A stretch of 61,431 bases of DNA, filler included, from Sphacelaria rigidula (taxonomy: Eukaryota): NCBI GenBank assembly GCA_964200075.2. It is 11 parts of 11 records of this genome, joined end to end, with 100 filler letters (N's around TTAATTAATTAA, not from the genome) between each part and the next. Parts side by side here need not be neighbours in the genome. Positions count along the whole stretch, not along the records: positions 1 to 5,495 come from CAXNAA020026867.1; positions 5,596 to 11,089 come from CAXNAA020026868.1; positions 11,190 to 16,683 come from CAXNAA020026869.1; 8 more parts are not named here. One strand, 5' to 3'. The notes under the pieces are model-generated. The model did no database searches and had not been told where the DNA came from. It saw nothing but the letters and a program-made list of their open reading frames with translations. Of this stretch, positions 1 through 11,853 are shown in pieces. Each line of letters opens with the position of its first letter. Positions within the stretch are counted from its first letter, which is position 1. Both the position numbers and the translations under genes were made by a program.

Positions 1-78
1 CTCCGTCCCGGCTTTGTAGGGATGCGAGGTCAATGGTCTTATGACTATGGCAAGCATGATCATGAGTACACCCCTCCC
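1..78 (+). repeat. Dispersed repeat / MITE type A interior (tttgtagggatgcgaggtcaatggtc..gagtacacccc)
   Basis: Near-identical to 33566-33635. Related copies at ~9040-9290 (-), 11190-11270, 13600-13740, 18665-18890 (-) and 37720-37805. Confidence 0.8.
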
Positions 79-857
79 GGAGGACAATTTCCCGAAACTT
101 GTCATGATTGTTTCGATTTGTTTTCGTGATTTTTTTGTCGAATTTGTTGTTGAAATTGGAGAAATAATTTGACCAACGGACACTGACTAGAATCCAAAAA
201 TCATGCGGGCTTTGCGAGGTTCGTATATTTGCTTCTGCTCCTCGCCCTCCCGGTTCGGATGACCTCGGATGCGGATGCCGGCAACGCGCGCACCAATCTA
301 TGTACGACACAAAAGCGCACGGTAGCAACAGTCTGTAGCGAAAGTCGCAATATTATATCACGTGTCGCCAAAGTTGACCGGACTACTAGTGGGTGGCAGT
401 CTAGACAAACGAGACGGAATCTGATGCCATAAAATGTGGTCATGGTCACCGATGACCTGGGAGGGGCGGTGTGTCCGTCACCTCAGCGCTCTCCATGCCA
501 ACGATCTATGTACAGGGCAGCTGACCGCATCCGCCAACGCCCCGGCGATACACGACGGAACAGGAGGCCGGGATCCCCCTCGACCCCCCCCTCAAAAACT
601 TGAAGTTTTCGATCTTGGGGCCTACGTATCCTGAAATTTTTGTTTGACAGACCCTTGGACGTACCCATATGCTCATGGTGACATTTTCCTGTCCAACAAT
701 GCGCGAATTCCTTCTGTCAGAATGCCGAGCCGTGCACGGTGATGTTCACAGGAATCACCTGTGATGCGCGCTCAAACCAATATCTTCTCCGGTCGAAACA
801 CGCCAAATGCTGAAATGTCGTCCTCCGTCGTGTGTTGTGCGTTCCCGGCTCGTGCAG

Positions 858-3800
858 TGGGACGCCGAGGGACGCTTCAAACGCCTCTTCGTCATGCTAG
901 GGCAGTCTGTGAACGTGGCCGTCAGAAGTCCTCAAGAGGTGAGTGACGTGTATTTTTTAAATTCGTGAGTAGTGCGCCAGCGCCCACAATATGGAGGTGG
1001 TGGCCGTCAAACGGTGACCCGCACCACGTAGGAAATCTCGCCGGGGCGCGGTGCTTTGTTTCGGACATGGTGGCACCTTGTTGAATACTTCTGGGGCGGT
1101 TGAAACCCCAGGCGATAACTTTGGTGGTCTTGAGAGGCCCCCACAGCGCAGGCATATGGTGCAAATGTCACGGTAGACCGGGTATGTTGGGGGCGCGGAG
1201 GTCGCGGGGAGTGAACCTGCGGCGTACCTTTTATGTGGTATCCGCGCCGTGACCTCTCTTGTGCGAAGTCGGGCACTGATAGTGGTACTACGTACCATGA
1301 CTAACGGATCAGATGAGTTCGCAAATAAGACGTGATTTGCAAATGTACGCAAGGCCTCCGGCCACGCGTAAGCAAGCGCGCCAATCCAAGGGGAGGTATT
1401 ATCGGAAACAAGTCACGACAAAGGTTCGGGCCGACGACCTGTCTCCGTGACTGTTTTCAGAGGAGTCAGTTATCAAAATCCCGCCTTACCGTCTATGGCA
1501 CAAACCCGAGGAATTTGGACACCAGAGGCCGTCATGTACGTCGCCCCACAGGCGGTAAACCGAAGGGTGGCGGGCGCGGTGGGCGAGGGGTGTGTGATGG
1601 AACTTCACTTTCCAGACAGTCTGATGTTACTAAGAACTCAAGGCTTTTCTCAGCGAATTTCGGAATTGTTTCGCTGTCTGCAAACGGCTCGCAGTTTCCC
1701 AAGCCTTTTTTAATGAAAAATATCCGCATAACATCGCGTCCTGAAAAAAGCATACGGAAACCGACCAAGCCGAACATCTTCAGTGTTTTTTTTTCACTCT
1801 TTCAAAAGCGGCCTTGCAGTCATAAAACAGAGTCGCTGAGAACTGCCGCTCTTGCACCTTTCATCGCGGACTTCCGGCGGGGTAAGGACCTCGGCGGATC
1901 GCGCCCTGTCGGGCTGAAGTCCCATGTCTTCCATGACGATTCTAGCGTACTTTTCAGCTTTTTCACCACGCCCCGTGTGTCTTGCGGCCGGGTTCCCATT
2001 TTTTAGCGTCCCGAATAATGTTCGAGGTGTCGAGAAGGAAATATGTGTTTTTTTCCCCCAAGAAAATCGCGACGAGAGTCTGAAGAGCGGCAATCCTCAG
2101 AGAGGCCGTTCTGTTACTACCCCAAACGGCGCTACCCTAACTCAGGTGTAATAGAGAGTTTTGGAAAACTATTTCTTGAGCCAAAAACTCGGGGATAATT
2201 CGCGTCTTCTTGCTTAAAGTCGAACAAACGACAGCTATCCCCGACAGTTTCCGGCCTATTCTTGTTTTCCGAAACTCTCGAACATGAAGGTCATATCCGC
2301 TCGGAACGTTTTGCCCCGTTTCGTAGAGAGTGCTCACCCACTACTTGGATCGAATATTTCAGGCCGCACTCCATCTACGGAACATTCTGGCAGAGTATCT
2401 AAGGCCATCCCCAAGCTACTGTAACCCCCCGTAGAGGAGTTTCCTGAATTAGACCCGAGTATTGAAAAGTGCATGCCCTTCCCGACCTGCCCTTGTACCC
2501 TTGCCCTTCCGTCTTTCCAACGGCAAAAATCGCAGGTCTTCTGCATGGATTGCGCCCACCTGAAGGGCAAATGGAACGGCGTTTTTTGTTCACTTACGGT
2601 CAAGGATGCCAATAACAAGGTGGTACTCGTGTGTCTGGTGGTGGCACCGAAAGAGAATCAGGACGTTTATCGCTATATGATGTCCAAGGCCAAGGAAAAT
2701 CTTCAAATGGCCGCATGGATGAACAAGCCATCTACCACCTATTTCGTCGACGGTCACAACCGGTCGGAAGCAGGCGTGCCGCCGGAGGTCCCCCTGGCGG
2801 AGCAAGGGCGGTGCTTACGGCACCTTGCGAACAACATCTCGCCGGCACTTGGGAACGTGCGTTGAGTACACAATACAGTTGTACTGATAGATTTTCATCT
2901 CTCAACCCCCTGTGTATCTTGAGGTGTTCTCCCCAGGCTTCATCGCATCTGAGCGTTTTGTCGTATGTGGTTTTCCCTCTGCACGCGGCGAATGATGCCG
3001 TCCTTTGACGTGGGCCACACAGAGCCACTTACTTCGCAATGGGGAGCGCTAGGTACATCCCCGCCGCTTTTGCGGGGGCATATCGTAGGCACGTCGCCCG
3101 CCCTATGACATCTTGTCTCGGGCTTGTTGTCGTGGTTTGCTGCAGTGTTGAAGGATATCGCGAGCTGCGGCGAGTGCGTTACTTGTGTAGTCGCCACTGC
3201 CGCGCATGAGCACCTCCCGCACCGGTGCGTCCCCCCGGTCTCATTTTTCATAGAGGACAGAGTGGGCGAACCGGTGCTCTGTCGTTGCCTATCGCGATGC
3301 ACTACCCATCTCGCGAAACCCGCCCGCCCGCATGTGCTTTCATTCTTACCAGGATAACTTCGAGCACATCTTCAACGCCGCGAGAGCCCCCACCGAGGCA
3401 TCTTGCCAGTACTTTCTGGACAAGGTGAAGGCCAACAGACCGGACTCGTACAAGAAATGGATGGAAATTGACCCGGAGTTGTGGGCGTACCACGCACGTC
3501 GTAACAACCGTGTGTGGGACCAGGTCACGACGAACATGGTGGAGAGCTGCAACAACATGATCGGAGCCACGGTGAGGATCCGAACAAAATATCAGCGCAC
3601 CACGCGCACACTACATCAAGTTGATGTGATGAAAAGGTCGATAGGCGTGAGATTATTGGGGCCGTGAATTTTTGAGTTCGTAGTACGCGCGTTGTAGGAG
3701 AAAATGATGGCGGCAGCCTGTTCGTGCGCGTGGGTGTGAATTCGCCAAGTGGCCTGGCGTGGCAGGGTTCGCGGTGTGCACGCATCCCTCGCCGGGCCTT

Positions 3801-5495
3801 CACGTTATTGTACGGTAGGTGTCACCGACACGTATCGCGTGTGGGGCGAAAGCAGGGACTCGCCCTCGTGATACATGGTCATGAATGCGCCAGCGCTCCG
3901 CCATCAGTCATCTTCGGGTGGTATACAATTTGCTAGGCCGCTCGCGAGCACACGGTGTGTGCCACATTAAGCAGTAAACACCCACAACGGTGCAGTGCGC
4001 ATGTTCCCGGTTAGCCGCAGCTGCTTTGGCTCCTTCACCTTGTAGGGTGGGAAGTGTCTGCGTCCCTTATGACTTTTGAAGCATGACTGTCGTTCCGACT
4101 TTGTCCTCTATGCGCGACGTCCAGCTGCGAGAGCGGCCAGTGTTCGATTTTACGAAGGGCGTGCTGGAGATGATGGCTGAGAAATTGCACGAGGCCGCCC
4201 AGCTTGGGAAGGGCACCCCCAATGTCTTCACTCCGCATGCAGAAGATGTCCGAAAGCAAGAGCTAAAATGGTCGAAAGGGTAAGTAACTCCAGTGTGTCT
4301 TGTACTAACCACCCCAGCACAGCACAAATGCACTTGTCCACTGCGCAGATTGTGGTGGCCCCGACCATGCCGCGGTCGTGCAGGATGGTCGCGTCGTGTT
4401 TTTTTGTCCATGTACCATGGGAACGTCCCACGGCGCCGGAGGAAATCCCTGCGATCAGAAATATTGCTGTGTGTACCCGTCAGCACAACCCACATCCTCG
4501 CCGCTGAACGAAGCTCTGGCTCTTCCATGTTGCGGAATGCAGGCTTGCGGTGAAGACGTCTTCTGAAGGCACGTACACGGTAACCCTCAAGACGAACGTC
4601 AAGATGGAAAACAAGGTGGACCTGGATTGGGGTTCCGGAGCCCAGCCAGCGACGATGAGGTGTTCCTGCGGGTTCGTGCGCAGATGGGAGTAACCATGCC
4701 GCCACGTGCTCGCAGTCTGTGAACGTGAGTGAAAATGTGTCGTCCGGAAATTGATGAAAAGGCTGCAAGAAATGATGCTGACCCCCCCGACTCTCGACCC
4801 CGACAACACTTTCCTCAGCGCTGTCGCGACACTTTCTACGATAGCCCCTCCCGACAAAGTCCATGGTTTTGGGAGGCAAAATCTTCACGTAAATCGAAGT
4901 GGGAAGAGCCGAGAACAACGAGAAGCTGGGGATTCCCAGGCTTGGGTTCGTTCTAGCCAATGACTCCAATATGAGGCGCTTTGTGCAGCCTGAACCCGAA
5001 CATCAGGCGCTGTATGGCCATTTTTTTGTCACACTTTTAGCTGGTTTTGGGGGGGGCTATCGTACAAAGTGTCTCACTCTCTGCACAGCTACCGTCGCCT
5101 TCATCACGTTGTGTACATTTCACATCTGTGTGGCGATGTCGTCGCGCTTTTGTCGGCGCCGCCATGCTGATCCACATATCTCACGTTCTCTTGATGTGTG
5201 GCAACTCCTCGACCATGCTTCCGATCGTGGTCGTCTGTGCCTTGGATTGCAGGTACAAACACTCTTGGCCGGTCGCTGCAGCTTGTACCGGACAGCTTCA
5301 TGCTGGCAAATTACCGCGCCGCGGCCTACACCCCAGCGTTCAAGATCGTTCTCCCAACCTGGGATCAGCTCGCCCATGACACCACTCGTCGGGACCCCCC
5401 AATGGTGAAGCAAGCTGGCGCACCCACGAAGGGCCGCCGGAGGAAAAAGCGCATCCCCGGGGTAGGTGACTACGCTTCTTCTTCCAAGTTCAACA
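858..5495 (+). pseudogene. Spliced Mutator/MULE (MuDR-type) DDE transposase with SWIM zinc finger; one in-frame stop; truncated by contig end
   Basis: AG/GT-bounded, phase-compatible exons: 858-938 (WDAEGRFKRLFV), 2536-2856 (VFCMDCAHLKGKWNG..KDANNKV..KENQDVY..YFVDG..RCLRHLANNI), 3353-3571 (..TTNMVESCNNMI), 4125-4279 (LRERPVFDF), 4543-4724 (CSCGFVRRWE*PCRHVLAVC; SWIM finger; TAA at 4691-4693) and 5253-5495 (..PTKGRRRKKRIP). The D-D-CxxH-E motif order is typical of MULE transposases. A more degenerate upstream coding remnant is probable near 430-630. Confidence 0.9.
4828..5073. mobile_element. 246-bp MITE (type C) in an intron of the MULE transposase
   Basis: TIRs GACACTTTCTACGATAGCCCC / GGGGCTATCGTACAAAGTGTC; flanks TCGC / TCAC (imperfect 4-bp TSD). 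The interior aligns along its length with 51599-51845. Confidence 0.88.
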
Positions 5496-5595
5496 NNNNN
5501 NNNNNNNNNNNNNNNNNNNNNNNNNNNNNNNNNNNNNNNTTAATTAATTAANNNNNNNNNNNNNNNNNNNNNNNNNNNNNNNNNNNNNNNNNNNN
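5496..5595. other. Artificial 100-nt contig spacer (N run + TTAATTAATTAA + N run); first of 10 identical spacers
   Basis: The same spacer occurs at 5496, 11090, 16684, 22278, 27872, 33466, 39060, 44653, 50246 and 55839. The intervening contigs are 5495, 5494 (x6) and 5493 (x4) bp, i.e. size-sorted. TTAATTAATTAA places stop codons in all six frames. Confidence 0.97.
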
Positions 5596-5789
5596 CCCCC
5601 CCCCCTCTCATCCTCTGGGAACCCCTTGACGTCCCTGGACTATCGGCCGGAGATATTTCTCTGGGGGGTAGCGACGCTGACAGTCAAAGGGTGAAGAGCC
5701 CAAGATTCAACAGAAGACGCATACAGGCTGGGCCGCCGAAGACGCGGAAAAAGATGTGAACACGCACTTTAGAAGCTCAATTTTGAGTC

Positions 5790-6352
5790 GTTTTCTATGA
5801 AATTTTGACACAATGTACAGGACGTATGTACAAAGACGCCACCCTCTACCCCCTCCTTATTTTCTTCTCGAGTTATTCACGATTCTGTTCCGAAATAAAA
5901 TGTTCCGAGATGTTTGGTCGCCGATGACTCACGGAGAATAAACAAAAAATGTACGAGGCAAACGGTTGCGTCTACGCACATACATCTTGTACACCGTGTC
6001 AAAATTTCATGGAAAACAACCCGAAATGAAGCTGCTGACCGCGTGTTCGTGTTCAAGACTGGTTCCTGTGTGAAGATGGACCAGCTGCGAAAAAATGAAA
6101 CGCGATTATGCTGTTCAATTTCAAGTATTTTATCACGAAATTCCAACACGATGAGCATGAGGTATGCCGTGAAGTCCCCATTGTACCCCTTGACATTTTT
6201 TCTTCAATGACTTGTCGACGCTTTCGTACCAGGAAGAACTGTTCCGAAATTCAGATCACCAATAACTCACGAGGGAAAAATAAAATAAAAGGGGGGAAGC
6301 GGTAGGGGCTTTGTATATACCTGATGTATATCGTGTCAAAGTTTCATGGAAT
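5790..6352. repeat. Cluster of inverted and direct subrepeats, probably the subterminal region of a DNA transposon
   Basis: 5791-5850 (ttctatgaaattttgacacaatgtacagg..) is an inverted copy of ~6291-6350. gtgtcaaaatttcatggaa recurs at ~5996 and, with one mismatch, at ~6333; tgttccgaaat..actcacg recurs at ~5885 and ~6240. Confidence 0.55.
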
Positions 6353-7964
6353 CGACTTGAAATTTACGAGTGAAATCGCGTATTTTCTGTCGAGAACCCG
6401 TTCATTTGCTTTTAGAGTATAACAACCTCAGCCGGAACTTTGAGGTTTTCTACAAGCCCGACGCCTTGGGGCGCTGGAGATCTCGTCTGCGTGCCACCTC
6501 AGACTCTGCGCGCGTACAGTACGACATGCATTGTTGTACAACCACAACTAGTGCAGCACCATCACTTTGCAGCCGCGGCATAACCGACTGTAACCGCAAG
6601 TGCGATTTCAGCCGTGTTTCCCCCCTGATTCCGCCGCACATGCCACCCTCAACTCTCTACACTTCGCAGCTGATTACAGTTTGGTATTTCGTCTGATGGA
6701 AACTTGTCAGATCGCAGTGCTACGTGAAGTGAAAGACGCGCGTTGATTTGCAGATTACCGCGATGTGTCATAGTAGGCACAACTCGCGATAGATCGTCAG
6801 TTAGACGCGGCTGAAGGAAAGTCCGCTTCTTAGGCAGCCCAGGCTGTGATGATACATATTGTAAACGACATTTGTTGAGTCGGATTTTGGCAGAGGATGT
6901 ATGATGGCGCAGGGGTCGAGACAACAGTCGTCCCCGCGGGGTGACTTTTTTCGTGAATTTAGGGGTGATTTCCGCCGTTTTGGCCTGTACCACGCGTATG
7001 GTCGTACCTTTGGACGATACAAAAGTGTTCCTAGGATAGTTCGAATACAAAAAATATTGAGAAAAAAACTAGTTCCTTACCCGGGGATTTGATGAACGCA
7101 TCCCCCGTTCCAAACATGATCAAAAGGGTAGTATCTATCGTTTTGGTCCGTTACACACGAATGGCGACGCACCTCAACACACAAACGCATCCATAGAACG
7201 TACTTTGGAGTCCTAATAAGGCCATTTCCTCGATTCGAGTCAGAACTGGACCCGCAAGATCTTGGCCTCAATTACCGCGGCAATGCCTAGCGATACGAGC
7301 ACCATAGATATCCGTATGTGTGTTGCATGCCTACTTTAGTGGATATGCAACAAGCAAAAGCGGCCTCCGTGACAGGGGAGGCCAGGGTTCCGCTTTCATC
7401 ATATTTTAGGGATTGGACGAGGAACGATCTACTTTCATGTATTGATCAAGTCTCTTGGAACCGATATTCTGAGCGTGGTGGCGGCGCCTTCGAAAACCTT
7501 TACATAGAAGTTGTATCAATAACAACTGTTTAAATATTCGTTTACTGCAGACGGGTTCACTTTTGCTGTATTTCTTCACTTGATTATAGAATACAAATCT
7601 TTCGTGGTCATTTCTTTGTATGAAGCTCTGAGAAGTCAGAACGTTTTTCTATACTTAATTTTGTAGTACACTTTTTCGCTGATACATCTTCGCTTGCCCT
7701 TCGCTGGACATTGGGATGTGTTCTGTTTCTGCTTGGGCGTGGACTACATTTGCGTTCTGCACTGTGTTCTGCATGGCCTTCGGGCTGTGTTCTACATGGC
7801 ATTAGGGCTTGGGTGGCCATGAGTTTCCTGTCTCCACGTCTTCGTGGACTCTTCGACCGTCAGGGGTACCGTCATGCATCTTGACCGCTCACCGGTGGAA
7901 TCGGCATCGTTTTCACTTGAGAGTGTAGAATCCGCATCATACTTATTTGACCATCGGAACACAC

Positions 7965-8060
7965 GACATCAATCATGATACCGCTCTGGATCGAACACCT
8001 CGAGCGGTTTTGACATCAATCATGATACCACTCTGGATCGAACACCTCGAGCGTGTTTTG
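7965..8060. repeat. Tandem duplication, 2 x 47 bp
   Basis: gacatcaatcatgataccRctctggatcgaacacctcgagcg starts at 7965 and 8012. A looser duplication relates ~7660-7810 to ~8080-8210. Confidence 0.85.
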
Positions 8061-9039
8061 ATGTGTCAGTCTGTGCTTGATTTTAGAGTACACACTTACG
8101 CTGATACCTCTTCACTCGCCTTTCGCTGTGGACATGAGGAACGCATTCTGCGTCTCCTTGGGCCTGGAGTACAATTATCTTCAACACTGTGTTCTGCATG
8201 GCGTTAGGGCGTTTTTCGGATCGTTTCTCATTTGATTCTGAAAAGATTGATGGGAGAATGATAAACAAGGAGCTCAGCTGGTGATCAGCTACGGCGTTTT
8301 CTTCTCAAGTACGAACTGTGCCACTATGCAACGCGTGCAATTTGTACCGATTCGTGCGCGTCTTACGCAAATCATCGTCCGTCATCGAATTCTGATCAGG
8401 TTCGTGTAAGGTCACGCACAGCTCAAGTGATGAGCAGCTACGACGCGAGCGGTGTGTTCCTTGTTTCTGCGATGGCAATGCGTTTTCTAGGTTCACCTGT
8501 GATGGATGATCATTTGTGGAACCGGCATCATTTTTACGGAACGCTCACAGCTACCACCGGTGCTCATGTATCTTGCCTGTCGAACCGCTGATCGTGGCGG
8601 CGAAGTCGCCAAAACTCTTGTATGTATACATATTTACATCAGGTACAGCGGCTCATGCCATGCATCATGACTATGCACGCGTTATTTTCTAGGGCATCCA
8701 TTAGTTGCTAGTGACAAGATCTGCTTGGGTGTGCACCGCGCACGCTTCGTCCGCACTTTAGGTGAGCTTGAGTTGTGGCCGTCGCTGTCCAAATCCAGCC
8801 ACGGTTGCAGAATGACGAAACAAATTCGTACCATCGGTACCCTTGCTTCTCCTTCACCTCTTCAATTTTCAGCATCGATTGTAAAACCCATGAAATCGAG
8901 TCAGAACTGAGGCACCACGTGGTCAGCCAGGAGCATGGATGGCCAATCCATACACAACGACCAGTATCATGACAGCCCCTCGGCCGATCTCGTACACTTC
9001 ACCACGCATCGCTTTCAAGGAGGGATGGTCGGGGAGGGA

Positions 9040-9290
9040 TAGTCGGGGAGGGGGGGGGTACTCATGGCCGTGCATGCCATGGTGATATGATCTTTGACCT
9101 CGAATCCCTTCAAAGCCGGGACGAGGCACGCCGGGTATTCGCCGGACCAGGCTCGTAAACGATCACCAAGCGCGAAGCGCCTTGATGTGTTCCACGAGTT
9201 GCATGAAGGGTGAGCTGCATGCTCCTAAGATTGCTCGGCCTGAAGCGTGCTGACTTCTTGCATTTGGATGACACCCTACAAAGAGATGAG
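9040..9290 (-). repeat. MITE type A-related dispersed repeat
   Basis: G-run + tactcat start. caagcgcgaagcgccttgatgtg..gctgcatgctcctaagattgctcggcctgaagc matches ~18790-18880. Confidence 0.7.
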
Positions 9291-9377
9291 TCCGGGGGAA
9301 GGGGGTGTTGTTGGAAGTAACACTGAGCAGTCCTCAACTACTGCTTTGGTAAGCTCTCGTGTTGTTTTAATAAATAC

Positions 9378-9533
9378 CTTCTCTCCTCTTCGGCGAGTTG
9401 TCCGGCGCACGCCTTGCACTGCTCCACGAACTCCTTGCACTCGTTCGGGTCGAAGTCGCCGTCTACACCTCTTTTTTCCACGAGCACTTGGTAAGCCACT
9501 TCGACCATGGACGCTTCTCTCGAAAATGATTCC
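9378..9533 (-). CDS. Probable internal exon of an unidentified minus-strand gene (possibly transposon-borne)
   Basis: Acceptor gtcgtcccag|, donor AAG|GTATTT, 156 nt, symmetric phase. Translates ESFSREASMVEVAYQVLVEKRGVDGDFDPNECKEFVEQCKACAGQLAEEERR. No recognisable domain. Confidence 0.35.
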
Positions 9534-11853
9534 CTGGGACGACACAAGATGCAGATGGAAAGCATTTAAAGAGCAAGCGCAGCGACCCGAAACGCAGGTC
9601 AGCGCACCTGAGATCAGAAAAACGAGAATTACACTCTGGTTTGCGGGGGTCTTTGCCCGGCAGGACGTGACACGTCTTCCGAAGCGCGTCATGTTAGGAC
9701 TTTAGCCGCGCAGGGTCCCGGAAACCTGGCTAGCCGCCCCCCCCGAACGCTGGAGCGACCGCCTCGAGGAGGAACGGCGTGCACTGGGGGTTCTCCCACG
9801 AAGGAGAACGACGGAAAGGGTTCGCCCACGGTATGGATGGAGGTCAAGGACCCACACGATTGGGTCATAACGACGAAGGCCATGGGCAAATGGCATCTAA
9901 GAGGCGAGGGAGGGGTGGGAGAGTTCGAGGTAATGTGGCGACGCGAAGATAAAACCCGCTTGGACCTTCGATACAAGTACTTGAGGCTGCTGCGTCGAGA
10001 GCAGTATATCGGGGTGCCGCCAACGCTGACGCAACAACAGCAACAGCTCGCGAGGAATCTAGGATGGAAATGGTCGACAGTGTCCCGCTTTGAATCCGAC
10101 AAGGGATGAGTGGGGGAAGCTGGGTAAACGCAGAAACTGAAGTAGCCTGGTCTTCTGTTATCGGCCACCGACTTCTTCTTTGGCTTGTGATCTTGCGGTG
10201 TTCCTAATTGTGCTCCTGTACATGCTCACTCGATGGTGCTGGAAAAAGTGAGGAGCGACTCTGAGCCGGCTCAGCAATCATTTACGGGCATACGAGTGGT
10301 ACCGGTCCACGACCAAGCCGCTGCGCTCCGATGGCCTAATGGTACAACTTACATCATTAGGTCGGGAAAATGTGAACTCGATTCCCGAAAAATGTGTTCG
10401 GATTTCTTTCGAATGATATCTAATTTCCGTCAGACCACGGACTCGTTTACAGGACGGGAAGGGGTTAAAAAGTGAGGGGAAAAAAATACAAGAACATGAC
10501 GTCAGTGGTCATTTCTCAAGGACAAAGTTGGAGAAACTCGGACAGACAGGGACGCCTCCGAGTCGAACTATAGCCCATCCTAACGGGATCAAATGATGAA
10601 GCCAAGAGCGAAGCAGACGTCCAACAGCATCATGTTGATTGGTCGCCATAACAGCGCGACATCGGCGCGGCGACCAACTAACATGCTGCTGTTTTTGAAC
10701 GATCGCTTCGCTATTCGCTTCTTCCTTTGGTCCCGTTAAACCTTTTGGGACTGAAGCGCAGTAACGGAGGGATTCACCTATAATGGTGAAATAATAATAA
10801 ACAAGTCTGGGGGCGACCTGCCCAATCAGGGCGAAGCAAAATCTATCGACCACATCCGAACGACCAGTGGAATGGGGCTATCGCCGGGAGTGACATCACT
10901 GCCAAGTTGGTGTACCCTGTCTGGCCCACAAAAAAGCCTTCGAAGCAAAAGAAAGCCCAAGTGGTCGGGGCTCGGTTTCCTGATTTTCCATCATTTACCT
11001 GCATTTTATATCTCAACCTCCTCCCCCCCCCCCCCCCCCCCACCTCATCTTCCTCATCCCTCTGTCTTATCACCTACCTCTTTCACAACNNNNNNNNNNN
11101 NNNNNNNNNNNNNNNNNNNNNNNNNNNNNNNNNTTAATTAATTAANNNNNNNNNNNNNNNNNNNNNNNNNNNNNNNNNNNNNNNNNNNNCGTCTCGAAAG
11201 GGATGCGTGGTCAATGGCCAAACGACTAAGGCAAACAACAAGTGAGTACCCCCTCCCCACTCCTCCCCCCTAACCTCTATCTCATCCTCGGGACAAGCTC
11301 GTACTTCCGAGTATTCAATCCATCTCTCCTTCCGTAGGTACCCGATATTTTTTTTGTATCGAGCATGGTAATAGGATCAGCAGTCTTCTAGCCTGCTGGC
11401 ATCCCTTCCATCCTTGTTCTGCTGCTCACGCTCTCACGCTTTCGATGGCGGCAACTAAGTCCTGGATCAGAAAGACCCTTCATGTCAAGACGCGTTCTCC
11501 CGAATTACCCCCAAACTGATCAGCGTCGTACCTCTTGGACCCGTGGCATGCGGCGGCGCCTGTACTTACATGAGACCCTTCCAACCGTCCCGAAGCCATG
11601 CCCGCCGCGCTGATGTTTCATGATCCATGAGTTTTTTTTTTCCCGTTTCCACGTGTCGGTTCCCCCTTGCCCGTCCCCAAATCTCGGCACTGCCGGCCTC
11701 AATCCACTCGGAGCAACTTTCTCACGCGCCGCAGCGGTTCATACAGGAATCAGCCGCCGGTGGTGTATATAATGCCGACGACGTTGCTTCCTGCGCGCAA
11801 GTATCTCACCATTTGCCACATCTGTTGTGCAACACAATGCTCTTCATTGTCAG

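Noticed and set aside
1332..2006. 224-aa ORF
   Set aside because: Lies inside the predicted MULE intron, has no domain similarity and has non-coding-like composition.
5540..5551. TTAATTAATTAA motif recurring every ~5.6 kb
   Set aside because: Embedded in N runs; a six-frame stop linker added during assembly concatenation.
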